64,000 bases of DNA, from assembly GCA_025463865.1 (NCBI GenBank), contig JAODBH010000085.1, positions 2,390 through 66,389 of the forward strand, given 5' to 3'. A program made the position numbers and the translations under genes. Position 1 is the stretch's first letter. Every line of letters starts with the position of its first letter. This DNA is from Actinomycetes bacterium (GTDB taxonomy: Bacteria; Actinomycetota; Acidimicrobiia; IMCC26256; Chersky-534). Below the pieces are notes generated by a model, which ran no database searches, was not told the origin of the DNA, and saw nothing but the letters and a program-made list of their open reading frames with translations. Shown here piece after piece: positions 46,276 to 55,459 of this stretch.

Positions 46276-47262
46276 TCAGGTGTTGTCGCCCCGGAAGATC
46301 TCGCTCACCGAGGTGTCCTCGAACACGGCATCGAGGGCGTCGGCGATGATCGGTGCGATCGACAGCACGGTGAGCTTGTCGAACTGCTTCTCGGGCGGGA
46401 CCGGCAGGGTGTTGGTGATGACCACCTCACGGACGGGCGAGTTGGTCAGGCGCTCGACCGCGGGCCCGGACAGCACGCCGTGGGTCGCCAGCACGTAGAC
46501 CTCCTTCGCACCCTTCTCCATGAGGAGATTGGCCGCGGAGGTGACCGTGCCGGCGGTGTCGATCATGTCGTCGACCAGGACACAGGTGCGGCCGTCGACC
46601 ACACCGACGACGTCCTGGGCCTCGGCGACGTTGTGGGTGCCCTTGGGGCGGCGCTTGTCGATGAACGCAAGGTCGCCCTCGATGCCGGTCGAGTTGGTGA
46701 GGCAGTTGGCGAAGCGCCGGGCGAGCTTGCCGCCGCCGGCGTCGGGGGAGACGATCGTGACCTCACCCTGGATCTTCTCCCCGAGGTACTCGGCGAGCAT
46801 CGGCACCGCGGTGAGGTGATCGACCGGCATGTCGAAGAAGCCCTGGATCTGACCGGTGTGCAGGTCGACGGTGACGACCCGGTGCGCGCCGGCGGTGGCC
46901 AGCACGTCGGCGACCAGACGGGCGGTGATCGGTTCGCGGCCCTCGGCCTTGCGGTCCTGGCGGGCGTAGCCGTAGAAGGGGCAGACCGCGGTGATGCGCT
47001 TGGCCGACGCGCGCTTCGCGGCGTCGATCATGATCAGCTGCTCCCAGAGGCGGTCGTTGATCGGATCGCAGTGGCTCTGGATGAGGAAGACGTCGGCGCC
47101 GCGGATGCTCTCGCCGTAGCGGCAGTAGATCTCGCCGTTGGCGAACGTCGAGAGGACCACCTCGCCCAACGGGACCTTCAGGCACTCCGAGATCTCCTCG
47201 GACAGGGCCACGTTGCCCCGACCCGCGAAGAGCATCAGCTTCTTCTTGGTGATCAGCTCCAC
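46276..47262 (-). CDS. prs: Ribose-phosphate pyrophosphokinase
   Basis: FANGEIYCRYGESIRGADVFLIQS, YARQDRK, VTVDLH, VLVDDMIDTAGT. Confidence 0.97.
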   Translation of the reverse strand: MELITKKKLMLFAGRGNVALSEEISECLKVPLGEVVLSTFANGEIYCRYGESIRGADVFLIQSHCDPINDRLWEQLIMIDAAKRASAKRITAVCPFYGYARQDRKAEGREPITARLVADVLATAGAHRVVTVDLHTGQIQGFFDMPVDHLTAVPMLAEYLGEKIQGEVTIVSPDAGGGKLARRFANCLTNSTGIEGDLAFIDKRRPKGTHNVAEAQDVVGVVDGRTCVLVDDMIDTAGTVTSAANLLMEKGAKEVYVLATHGVLSGPAVERLTNSPVREVVITNTLPVPPEKQFDKLTVLSIAPIIADALDAVFEDTSVSEIFRGDNT

Positions 47263-47440
47263 TGGTGCCCGTTTCGTCGCGTCCGCCGGCCGCCCATCCT
47301 ACGGTCACGGCACAGCCCGCTGTCCGAGCGTTCCGACCGCCCCGGCGTCGCCGGACCCCTGCTCCCGGTCCGAGCTCGTCGTCAGGGTCTGAGCCGCCTC
47401 GATCGTTCTGCTGAGCACCGGTTGCGTGCTCGACGGGTTT

Positions 47441-48850
47441 CTAAGGGGTGGGCTTCTCGTCGCGGCGGGCGGCCCAGCCTTCGGTGATGCGCGCGGGGAC
47501 GCCCTTGGCGAGCGCGCCGGCTGGGACGTCGGACGTGACCACCGCACCGGCCGCGATGTAGGCACCGTCGCCCACCTCGACCGGGGCAACCAGCACCGAG
47601 TTGGACCCGGTGCGGGCGTCGGCGCCGATCTTGGTGCGGTGCTTGTCCTTGCCGTCGTAGTTCGCAGTGATCGTTCCCGCGGCGACGTTGGCCCGCGGGC
47701 CGACCTCGGCGTCACCCACGTAGGCAAGATGCGGGACCTTCGCGCCCTCGCCGATCTCCGCGTTCTTGGTCTCGACGAAGCCGCCGATGTGCGCGTCGTC
47801 GGCGACACGGGTGCCGGCGCGGAGGTGCGCGAACGGACCGACCGAGCACCGGTCGCCGATCTCGGAGTCGCGTGCGACCGTGTTGCGGATCACGCTGTTC
47901 TCGCCGACGATCGTGTCGACGATGTGGCAGTCGGGCCCGACCACGGTGTGCGCGCCGACGACGGTCCGGCCCTCGAGGATCACCCCGGGGAGCAGGCGCA
48001 CGTCGGGCTCGAGCTCGACCGCGGCGTCGATGTAGGTGTGCGACGGGTCGGTCATGCTCACGCCCGTGCGCATCCATCGCGTGTTGATGCGCTCCCGCAT
48101 GACGGCTTCGGCCTCGGCGAGCTGCGCGCGGTCGTTCACGCCCATCGCCTCGGTCGGATCGTCGGCGATGACCGCGGTCACCGAGTGACCCGCGGCGCGC
48201 AGGACGCCGACCGCGTCGGTGAGGTAGTACTCGCCCTGCGCGTTCTCCGGGCTCAGGCGACGGAGCGCGGGCATGAGCAAGCCGCGCCGGAAGCAGTAGA
48301 TGGAGGTGTTGACCTCCTGGATCGCGAGCTCGTCGGGTGACGCGTCGAGCTGTTCGACGATCGCGGCGACGCGGTCGAGCTTGTCGCGGAGGATCCGCCC
48401 GTAGCCGTCGGGATCGTGGGTGACCGCGGTGAGCAGCGTGGCCGCCGCGTCGGAGCTGCGGTGCTCCCGGGCGATCGCGGCCAGGGTCTCGGGGCGCAGC
48501 AGCGGCGTGTCGCCGGGCACCACGAGAACGTCGTCCTCGTCGAAGTCGTCGGCGAACGCGGTGAGACCGGCGCTGGTGGCGTCACCGGTGCCGCGTTGCA
48601 CGCGCTGCTCCACGAACTCCACCGGCATCTCGGTCGCGAGCTGCTCCTGGAGCGTCTTGGTCACGCGTTCGGCGCCATGACCCACGACGACGACGATGCG
48701 CTGCAGCGGCAGCGCGGTGAGGGCGTCGATCACGTGGAGCAGGATCGGGCGGCCCGCGATCGGATGCAGCACCTTCGGGGTGGAGGAGCGCATGCGGGTG
48801 CCCTCACCGGCGGCGAGAACGACGGCTGAGAGCGGTCGGTACTGGCCCAT
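47441..48850 (-). CDS. glmU: Bifunctional UDP-N-acetylglucosamine pyrophosphorylase / glucosamine-1-phosphate N-acetyltransferase
   Basis: ATG 48850 within ORF 47441..49108. AVVLAAGEGTRMRSSTPKVLHP, C-terminal hexapeptide repeats. Confidence 0.95.
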   Translation of the reverse strand: MGQYRPLSAVVLAAGEGTRMRSSTPKVLHPIAGRPILLHVIDALTALPLQRIVVVVGHGAERVTKTLQEQLATEMPVEFVEQRVQRGTGDATSAGLTAFADDFDEDDVLVVPGDTPLLRPETLAAIAREHRSSDAAATLLTAVTHDPDGYGRILRDKLDRVAAIVEQLDASPDELAIQEVNTSIYCFRRGLLMPALRRLSPENAQGEYYLTDAVGVLRAAGHSVTAVIADDPTEAMGVNDRAQLAEAEAVMRERINTRWMRTGVSMTDPSHTYIDAAVELEPDVRLLPGVILEGRTVVGAHTVVGPDCHIVDTIVGENSVIRNTVARDSEIGDRCSVGPFAHLRAGTRVADDAHIGGFVETKNAEIGEGAKVPHLAYVGDAEVGPRANVAAGTITANYDGKDKHRTKIGADARTGSNSVLVAPVEVGDGAYIAAGAVVTSDVPAGALAKGVPARITEGWAARRDEKPTP

Positions 48851-48892
48851 TCGGCTCCTCGGATGCAAGTCGTGCGATCGGTCGACGGGAAG

Positions 48893-48963
48893 CTCGGGGG
48901 CGAGGTTTCGAACCTCGACTTGGGACTCCAAAGGACCCCGTGCTGCCGTTACACCACCCCCGA
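48893..48963 (-). tRNA. tRNA-Gln (anticodon UUG)
   Basis: Reverse strand: TCGGGGG TG GTG TAACGGCAG CAC G GGGTC CTTTGGA GTCCC AAGT CGAGG TTCGAAA CCTCG CCCCCGA G. One U-U mismatch in the anticodon stem. Sits upstream of glmU. Confidence 0.85.
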
Positions 48964-49098
48964 TCGGGTGGCCTCGACGATAGCGCCGCGCACCGACACC
49001 ACCGGTCCCGGTCGGGCTGCGCATCGACGACCGCTTCTTCCCGTCACCAAGGGCCGGAATCGACGCCCGGGCGGGGCAGCGGCTAATTTCCGCCCCAT

Positions 49099-49200
49099 AT
49101 GGGCTCACTGATCAAGAAGCGCCGCAAGCGCATGCGCAAGAAGAAGCACAAGAAGCTCCTGAAGAAGACGCGCTGGCAGCGTCGTCAACAGGGCAAGTAG
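49099..49200 (+). CDS. 30S ribosomal protein bS22 (33 aa)
   Basis: Below the ORF-track size cutoff. MGSLIKKRRKRMRKKKHKKLLKKTRWQRRQQGK closely matches the actinobacterial bS22 pattern as I recall it. Confidence 0.8.
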   Translation: MGSLIKKRRKRMRKKKHKKLLKKTRWQRRQQGK

Positions 49201-49220
49201 AGCCCCACAGGTTCTGCGGC

Positions 49221-49241
49221 GGCCGCCCCTCTGGGGCGGCC
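49221..49241. terminator. GC-rich hairpin between convergent bS22 and ispE (bidirectional terminator candidate)
   Basis: GGCCGCCCC-TCT-GGGGCGGCC, a perfect 9-bp stem. Confidence 0.6.
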
Positions 49242-49266
49242 TCGTCGCGTCTTGGCGTCGGGCCGA

Positions 49267-50148
49267 TCAGGCGATCTCGACGCCTTTCGGCACCGTGACG
49301 CCCACGTGGGCCACGAATCCGAGGTCCTGCTCGACCCGCGTCCTGGCCGCTTCGGCCGATCCCGCGTCCTCGAACCAGGTCCAGAGCGACGACCCGCTCC
49401 CCGCCACGAGGAACGGCCGACCCGTCACCCGTTCGACCTCCGCCCGGGCGCCGACCAGCCGCGGCTCGACCCGTTCGGCGGCCGGCTCGAGATCGTTGCC
49501 GAGCTCGGGTAGGAGATGCACGACGGCCGGCGGTGCGGGGATCGTACGGGTCGACGAGGGGCCGCCGAGCTGATCCCAGGCGCGGTAGACGTCGGGGGTC
49601 GCGATCCGAAAGTCGGGCACCACGATCAGCACCGTGACCGCGTCGAGGGGCCCAACCGGTGCGAGCTGCTCGCCCCGCCCCCGCATCCACGCGGCGCCGC
49701 CCTCCACGCAGAACGGCACGTCGGAACCGAGCTCCGCCGCGACGGCGAGGAGCCCGGCGCGATCGACCCGCCCGGCGCCGGAAAGCAACGAGCTGACGGC
49801 CACCAGCGTCGCGGCCGCGTCGGCCGACCCGCCACCGAGGCCACCGCCCGCGGGAATCCCCTTGTGCAGCGAGATGGCGAGGCCGAGATCCGAGCCTGCC
49901 CGGCGGAGCAGCGCGCGCGCCGCACGGACCACGAGGTTGTCGGCCGTCGCGGGCACGGTCCCGGTGACGCCGCTCAGGCCGAGCGCGATCTCGCCGGCGT
50001 GCGTGGCGACGACTTCGATCGTGTCGAGGGGAGGCGACACCGAGACCGCGAGTGCGTCGAGCCCGTGGTAGCCGTCGGGGAGGACACCGAGGACGCGCAA
50101 CGACAGCGTCAGCTTCGCGTGGGCGCGCACGCGTACCCGCCCGCTCAC
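49267..50148 (-). CDS. ispE: 4-diphosphocytidyl-2-C-methyl-D-erythritol kinase
   Basis: GTG 50148 (GTGA overlap with ksgA). AHAKLTLSLRVLG, KGIPAGGGLGGGSADAAA. Confidence 0.9.
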   Translation of the reverse strand: MSGRVRVRAHAKLTLSLRVLGVLPDGYHGLDALAVSVSPPLDTIEVVATHAGEIALGLSGVTGTVPATADNLVVRAARALLRRAGSDLGLAISLHKGIPAGGGLGGGSADAAATLVAVSSLLSGAGRVDRAGLLAVAAELGSDVPFCVEGGAAWMRGRGEQLAPVGPLDAVTVLIVVPDFRIATPDVYRAWDQLGGPSSTRTIPAPPAVVHLLPELGNDLEPAAERVEPRLVGARAEVERVTGRPFLVAGSGSSLWTWFEDAGSAEAARTRVEQDLGFVAHVGVTVPKGVEIA

Positions 50149-50978
50149 GCGGCGTCGACCCGCGCCAGCGCGGCCCACTCCTCGAGACCCAGGGTCTCGG
50201 CCCGGGCCCGCGGGTCGATGCCCGCAGCTTCGAGGGTTCCGACGGTCGCGTCGCCGAGCAGCGCTTTGAGCGCCTGACGCAGGGTCTTGCGCCGTTGCCC
50301 GAACCCGGCCCGGACGAGCACGAACATCCGGTCGACCGACGGGACGTCCACCGGCGGTACGGCGCGACGGTCGAGCGCGACCAGCGCGCTCTCCACCTTG
50401 GGCGCGGGCATGAAGACCGTGGGTGGGACCGTCCCGACGACCTTCGCCGTCGCGTAGTACGCGACCTTCACGCTCATCGCGCCGTAGGCCTCGCTGTCGA
50501 CGGCGGCGGCCATCCGTTCCCCCACCTCGCGCTGCACCATCACCAGCATCCGGTCCACCATCGGCGCGTGCTCCAACAGCCGGATCACGACCGGGGTGGC
50601 CACGTTGTAGGGCAGGTTCGAGACCGCGCGCCACGACGGCGCGTCGGCGAGCAGCGCGCCGAGGTCGATCTCGAGGGCGTCCCCCTGCACGATGTCGACC
50701 ATCGGGTCGTCGCCGACGACCGACCGCAGCACGGGCACGAGGTGCCGGTCGAGCTCCAGCGCACGAACGTGCACGCCGCGCTCGCGCAGCGCCAGCGTCA
50801 ACGAGCCGATCCCGGGCCCGATCTCGAGCACGTGGTCGCCGGGCTCCAGACCCGCGAGTCGGACGATGCGCCGCGCCGTGTTGCCGTCGGCGAGGAAGTT
50901 CTGCCCGAGCGCGCGGCTCGGGCGGACGTCGTGCTCGCGCAGAAGGGCGTTGATGGAGCCCGGCGTGAGCAGTGACAT
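50145..50978 (-). CDS. rsmA: 16S rRNA (adenine1518/1519-N6)-dimethyltransferase
   Basis: ATG 50978. LGQNFLAD, VLEIGPGIGSLT, SNLPYNVATP. Confidence 0.93.
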   Translation of the reverse strand: MSLLTPGSINALLREHDVRPSRALGQNFLADGNTARRIVRLAGLEPGDHVLEIGPGIGSLTLALRERGVHVRALELDRHLVPVLRSVVGDDPMVDIVQGDALEIDLGALLADAPSWRAVSNLPYNVATPVVIRLLEHAPMVDRMLVMVQREVGERMAAAVDSEAYGAMSVKVAYYATAKVVGTVPPTVFMPAPKVESALVALDRRAVPPVDVPSVDRMFVLVRAGFGQRRKTLRQALKALLGDATVGTLEAAGIDPRARAETLGLEEWAALARVDAA

Positions 50979-51024
50979 CGCCGCGACGCTACCTTGCGGC
51001 TCCTGGCGGATCGTCGGCCTACGA

Positions 51025-52671
51025 CTACCAGCTGAGCGTGACCGGGACGACACCCTGCGAACGGTTCGCGATCTTGTCGAAGGTGTCGGGCGACAGGTCG
51101 ATGATCCGACCCGCGGCGAACGGGCCGCGGTCGGCCACCACGCAGGTGGTGGAGCGCCCGTTCTGGGTGTTCGTCACCGTGACGACCGTGCCCATGGGAA
51201 TCGTCTTGTGGGCGCACGTCCCGGCCGTGATCTGGTACCAGGTCGCGCCACCGCTCTCGCTGTGCCCCGTGCCGGATGGCTGCGCGGCCGCAGGCGCTGG
51301 GCCCGCGGGAGCTGCCGATCCCGTTCCGGATGTACCCGAGCCGCTGCCGCTCGGCGGGACGGTCGCCTTCGCACCCACCGCCACGATCTTCGGCTTGGCC
51401 GCGACGGTCACGACCGTCGAGACGACGCGCTCGGCGACGACCCGGCCGTCCCGGATCGTCTGCTGGTACGTGATCTGGGCCGAGCCGTTCACGCCCTCCT
51501 GCATCACGCGGTATTGACCCTTCGGGAGCGTCGGGTCGGTGCGTTGCACGGTCGCGTAGGGGACCGGCTGGGTCTCCATTCGCTGACCCGCGTCCATGCG
51601 CACGACCGTGATGGTGCCGTTCACCGGGACGGGCTGGTCGAGGCCCGGCGTCACCTGGTCGTTGCCGTCGAGAGTGATCGCGTTGTTGTTCAGGAACTCA
51701 CGCACGGTCAGGGCGGTCGTCGACAGGCCCAGGGTCTGACCGTCGACGACGACCGTGACCGGGCGGCTGCTCCGCAACACGATCGGCACGGCGGGGTCGA
51801 GCTTCGGCGTGCTCGGGACGCCCAGCGCGACGAGCGCGGGATCGATCTTCAGCTCGGCGCGGAGACCCGAGAGCGTGGTCGCGGTCGTCCAGACCGACTG
51901 CTGCTTGCCGTCGATGTCGAGCTCGACGGGGTGCGCGCGCTGGAGCGAGATGGCACCGCGCGGCGGGATCGGCGCGCCGAGCGCGGGCTGTACGCGGTCG
52001 AACGGGCCGACCCAGATCTCGGCGTGCGCGAGTGCGTCACCCACGGTGTCGGCACCACCCGCGTCGGTACGGATGCGCTGGCCGTCGACGTTGATCTCGA
52101 CGGGGTGACTCGTCGGCAGCAGCAGCCTCCACACGATGGTCCCGACGACGAGGACCAGCCCGGCGGCGATCGCGAGCCGGGTGCGTCGACGCTTCGTGCG
52201 GGCCCGTCGCTCCGCGGCCCGGCGGCTGCGCCGGTCCCACGCCTGCACCGCGGGTGCGGACTCCCACGCGGGCAAGTCGGGTAGGTCGGGCAGCTCGGCC
52301 AGGTCGACGTGGCCGGTGAAGGCCGGCTCGATCCGCTCGACGGCGGAGGTGCGGTCCTCGGGCTCGGCCCCGGGAGCCGGCGCGTGCCGGGCCTCGACCG
52401 CAGGCGCGACGGCGTCGGCGTCGACGAGCGCCGCGGGCACGATGACGACGTCGAGCTCCGGCAGGTTGCGGAGGTCGCCGAGCGGCAGCCAGGCCTCGGG
52501 CACGGGCGCTTCGGCGCGCGCCGGAGAGGGTCGGACGGACCGCAGCGCGTAGTGGCGCGCGGCGATCGCCCGCCGGCTCTTCGTGTCTCGCGGCGCGTGG
52601 CGCGCCATGGAACGTTGTACCGGCTCTGAGATCGGGTCCGCCTCCCGCTCAGGAGCGATGGTGCCGCTCAC
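51025..52671 (-). CDS. YabE/RpfB-locus cell-wall protein: disordered N-terminus, TM, DUF348 repeats, G5 domain, C-terminal RlpA-like double-psi beta-barrel
   Basis: TM segment LAIAAGLVLVVGTIVWRLLL. Repeated VxVDGxxxxxxTxAxTVxxxL modules. G5-like PYATVQRTDPTLPKGQYRVMQEGVNGS. C-terminus GGATWYQ...CAHKTIPMGTVVTVTNTQNGRSTTCVVADRGPFAAGRIIDLSPDTF. Confidence 0.85.
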   Translation of the reverse strand: MSGTIAPEREADPISEPVQRSMARHAPRDTKSRRAIAARHYALRSVRPSPARAEAPVPEAWLPLGDLRNLPELDVVIVPAALVDADAVAPAVEARHAPAPGAEPEDRTSAVERIEPAFTGHVDLAELPDLPDLPAWESAPAVQAWDRRSRRAAERRARTKRRRTRLAIAAGLVLVVGTIVWRLLLPTSHPVEINVDGQRIRTDAGGADTVGDALAHAEIWVGPFDRVQPALGAPIPPRGAISLQRAHPVELDIDGKQQSVWTTATTLSGLRAELKIDPALVALGVPSTPKLDPAVPIVLRSSRPVTVVVDGQTLGLSTTALTVREFLNNNAITLDGNDQVTPGLDQPVPVNGTITVVRMDAGQRMETQPVPYATVQRTDPTLPKGQYRVMQEGVNGSAQITYQQTIRDGRVVAERVVSTVVTVAAKPKIVAVGAKATVPPSGSGSGTSGTGSAAPAGPAPAAAQPSGTGHSESGGATWYQITAGTCAHKTIPMGTVVTVTNTQNGRSTTCVVADRGPFAAGRIIDLSPDTFDKIANRSQGVVPVTLSW

Positions 52672-52783
52672 TACCGGGTCCAGAACCGACCCCGGATTGC
52701 CGCGGACCGTAGCGAGGGTTCGCGCTGCGTCGCAACCTCACCCCGCAGCACGCGCAGGGTGCGCACCCTCTGACCAGGGACGA

Positions 52784-53569
52784 CTACAAAGAGTGAATAT
52801 CGGTCAGGACGGCGCGCGTCGTCGCGAGCGTCGCACGCGCGACCTCGTCGACCGACCGGCCCATCGCGGCAGCGAGCGCGGCGCCGACATCGGGAAGGAA
52901 CTCCGGGCGGTTCTCGCGACCGCGGTGCGGCACCGGCGCGAGGTACGGCGTGTCGGTCTCGACGAGCACGCGGTCGAGCGGCGCGATCGCCGCCGCCTCG
53001 CGCAGATCGGCCGCGTTCTTGAACGAGACGATGCCGCTGAACGACAGGTACGCGCCGAGGTCCAGGGCCTCGCGCGCGACGTCGGCGTCCCCGGTGAAGC
53101 AGTGGAAGATCGTCCGCCGCGGCACGCCGACGTCCCGGAGGATCACGAACGTCTCGGGCCACGCGTCGCGCGTATGGATCACGAGCGGCAGGTCGCGGTC
53201 GAGCGCGAGCCGGATCTGGGCCCGGAACGCGGCTTGCTGGGCGTCGGCCGGGGAGTGCCCGTAGTAGTAGTCGAGCCCGCACTCGCCGACCGCGACGACG
53301 CCCGACTCCCCCAGCAGGCCCTCGAGCTCCGCGCCCTCCGACTCCCAACGCGACGCATCGTGCGGATGCAGGCCGACGGCGGCGAAGACCTCGGGCTGTC
53401 GCTGCGCGAGCGCGACCGCGTCCCGTGACGAGGCGAGGTCGGTACCGACGCAGACCATGACCTCGACGCCGACCGCACGCGCACGGTCGATCACGTCGTC
53501 CGCGCTCTCGTCCAACCCGGTGAGATGGCAGTGACTGTCTGCCCATGTCACCGTCGACCCCGACGTCAC
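52784..53569 (-). CDS. tatD: TatD-family metal-dependent hydrolase
   Basis: WADSHCHL, GECGLDYYY, VIHTRDA, IFHCFTG, ETDTPYLAPVPHRG. Confidence 0.92.
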   Translation of the reverse strand: MTSGSTVTWADSHCHLTGLDESADDVIDRARAVGVEVMVCVGTDLASSRDAVALAQRQPEVFAAVGLHPHDASRWESEGAELEGLLGESGVVAVGECGLDYYYGHSPADAQQAAFRAQIRLALDRDLPLVIHTRDAWPETFVILRDVGVPRRTIFHCFTGDADVAREALDLGAYLSFSGIVSFKNAADLREAAAIAPLDRVLVETDTPYLAPVPHRGRENRPEFLPDVGAALAAAMGRSVDEVARATLATTRAVLTDIHSL

Positions 53570-55113
53570 TTGGGGTCGACGCGGGGGAAGAGGGACTCAC
53601 CCTTCTCGAGCAGGCTGCCGGCGGTGAGGCCACCCCATTCGGCCGCGTCGGGGAGGCGCGCGTCCTCCGGACGACCGGGAAGTCCGAGCCGCGACCAGAG
53701 GTCGGCGGCCGCGATCGGGATGAGCGGCGACGCGAGCAGCGCGACGATGCGCAGCGTCTCCAAGCAGTCGCCGATGACGGCGGCCACCTGCTCGTGCTCG
53801 CCCGCCTTGTGCAGCGCCCAGGGCTGCTGCTCCTCGATGTAGGCGTTGGCCGCGCCGATCAGCTCCCACACCGCGCCGAAGCCGTCGGAGAAGTTGTACG
53901 CCTCGAGCTCGGTGGTGAGGGTGGCGAACGCCGTGGCCGCGGCCTCCCGGAGCGGGCCGTCGGCGCGGGCTTCGGGGACGACGCCACCGCAGTAGTTGAC
54001 GGCCATGTTGAGGACACGGCTCGCCAGGTTGCCGAAGTTGTTGGCGAGATCCGCGTTGTAGCGGGCCAGCATCGCCTCGTAGCTGAAGTCGCCGTCGGGA
54101 CCGAAGCGCTGGTCGGCGAGGAAGTAGTAGCGGAAGCCGTCGACGCCGAAGTCGGCCACCAGGTCGGCGGGAGCGATCTGGTTGAGGGTCGTCTTGCTCA
54201 TCTTCTCGCCGCCCACGAGCAGGAAGCCGTGAATCGCCTCCCGGTGTGGTGGCAGCTCGCCGGCCGACATCAGCATCGCCGGCCAGTAGACGGCGTGGAA
54301 CCGGAGGATGTCCTTCGCCATCACGTGGTTGACCGTCGGCCAGTATCGATGGAAGCGCTCGGGATCGACGCCGTAGCCGATGGCGGTGATGTAGTTGATG
54401 AGCGCGTCGAACCACACGTACGAGACGTGCTTCTCGTCCCAGGGGATCGGCACACCCCACGAGATCGACGTGCGCGAGATCGAGAAGTCGCGCAGGCCCT
54501 GCTTGATGAAGCCGATGGCCTCGTTGCGCTTGCCCGCCGGCACGATCGCGTCGGGGCTGTTGCCGTAGTACTCGAGCAGACGGTCCTCGAAGCGAGAGAG
54601 CTTGAAGAAGTAGTTCTCCTCCACGACCAGCTCGACCGGCCGCAGGTGGATCGGGCAGAGGCCGTCGATCAGGTCCTCTTCGTTGTAATAGGCCTCGCAG
54701 GAGACGCAGTAGATGCCCTCGTACGTGCCGAGCTCGATGTCGCCCGCCTCGTGGACGCGCTCGAGCATCGTCTGCACCGCCTGGTAGTGGCGGGGCTCGC
54801 TGGTGCGGACGAAGTCGGTGTTGGAGATGGCGAGCAGCTCCCAGGCGTCCCGGAAGGTCTGGCTCACGCGGTCGGCGAGCTGGATGGGCGTGACGCCCTC
54901 GGCCTCGGCGGCGCGCTGGATCTTGAGGCCGTGCTCGTCGGTCCCGGTGAGGAACACCACGTCGTCGCCCCACAGCCGCCGCCAGCGGGCCATCGTGTCG
55001 GCCGCGACCGTGCTGTACGCGTGCCCGATGTGGGGCGGCGCGTTGACGTAGTAGATCGGGGTGGTGATGAAGAACGGTTGTCCGGGCACGCGCCTAGGGT
55101 ACCCAGACGGCAT
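53566..55113 (-). CDS. metG: Methionine--tRNA ligase
   Basis: PIYYVNAPPHIGHAYS (HIGH), CVSCEAYY, KMSKT. Start ATG 55113 or GTG 55089. 4-nt overlap with tatD. Confidence 0.95.
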   Translation of the reverse strand: MPSGYPRRVPGQPFFITTPIYYVNAPPHIGHAYSTVAADTMARWRRLWGDDVVFLTGTDEHGLKIQRAAEAEGVTPIQLADRVSQTFRDAWELLAISNTDFVRTSEPRHYQAVQTMLERVHEAGDIELGTYEGIYCVSCEAYYNEEDLIDGLCPIHLRPVELVVEENYFFKLSRFEDRLLEYYGNSPDAIVPAGKRNEAIGFIKQGLRDFSISRTSISWGVPIPWDEKHVSYVWFDALINYITAIGYGVDPERFHRYWPTVNHVMAKDILRFHAVYWPAMLMSAGELPPHREAIHGFLLVGGEKMSKTTLNQIAPADLVADFGVDGFRYYFLADQRFGPDGDFSYEAMLARYNADLANNFGNLASRVLNMAVNYCGGVVPEARADGPLREAAATAFATLTTELEAYNFSDGFGAVWELIGAANAYIEEQQPWALHKAGEHEQVAAVIGDCLETLRIVALLASPLIPIAAADLWSRLGLPGRPEDARLPDAAEWGGLTAGSLLEKGESLFPRVDPK

Positions 55114-55152
55114 CGGCCGTCTCCCGCTGTTTGGCCGGGCTGAGGAGCTCCC

Positions 55153-55404
55153 GTGAAGTCGCTCGGCATCGCGCGCAAGGTCGACTCGTTGGGCCGCATC
55201 GTGCTCCCGGCCGAGCTCCGGAAGCTCCTCGACATCAGCGACGGTGACTTCGTCGAGATCTTCGTCGACGGCGACCACATCGTCCTCGCCAAGCTCGAGG
55301 AGCACTGCGTCTTCTGCGGGGCCATCACCGACCTCCGCGAGTTCGAGTCCAAGCTGGTGTGCCAGGAGTGCGTCGGGCGCCTCACCGGCCCGCCGAACGC
55401 CTAG
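55153..55404 (+). CDS. AbrB/SpoVT-type DNA-binding protein with C-terminal CxxC...CxxC zinc-ribbon
   Basis: GTG 55153. GIARKVDSLGRIVLPAELRKLLDISDGDFVEIFVDGDHIVLAK matches the swapped-hairpin AbrB N-domain. The tail HCVFCG...VCQECV carries four Cys. Confidence 0.85.
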   Translation: MKSLGIARKVDSLGRIVLPAELRKLLDISDGDFVEIFVDGDHIVLAKLEEHCVFCGAITDLREFESKLVCQECVGRLTGPPNA

Positions 55405-55415
55405 AGACTCTTCGT

Positions 55416-55452
55416 GCGTCCCCTGAGCACACATATCGTGCTCCAGGGACGC
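55416..55452. terminator. Long imperfect hairpin between convergent abrB-like and rsmI genes
   Basis: GCGTCCCCTGAGCAC-ACATATC-GTGCTCCAGGGACGC (about 14 bp with one bulge). Confidence 0.5.
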
Positions 55453-55459
55453 TCGAAGC

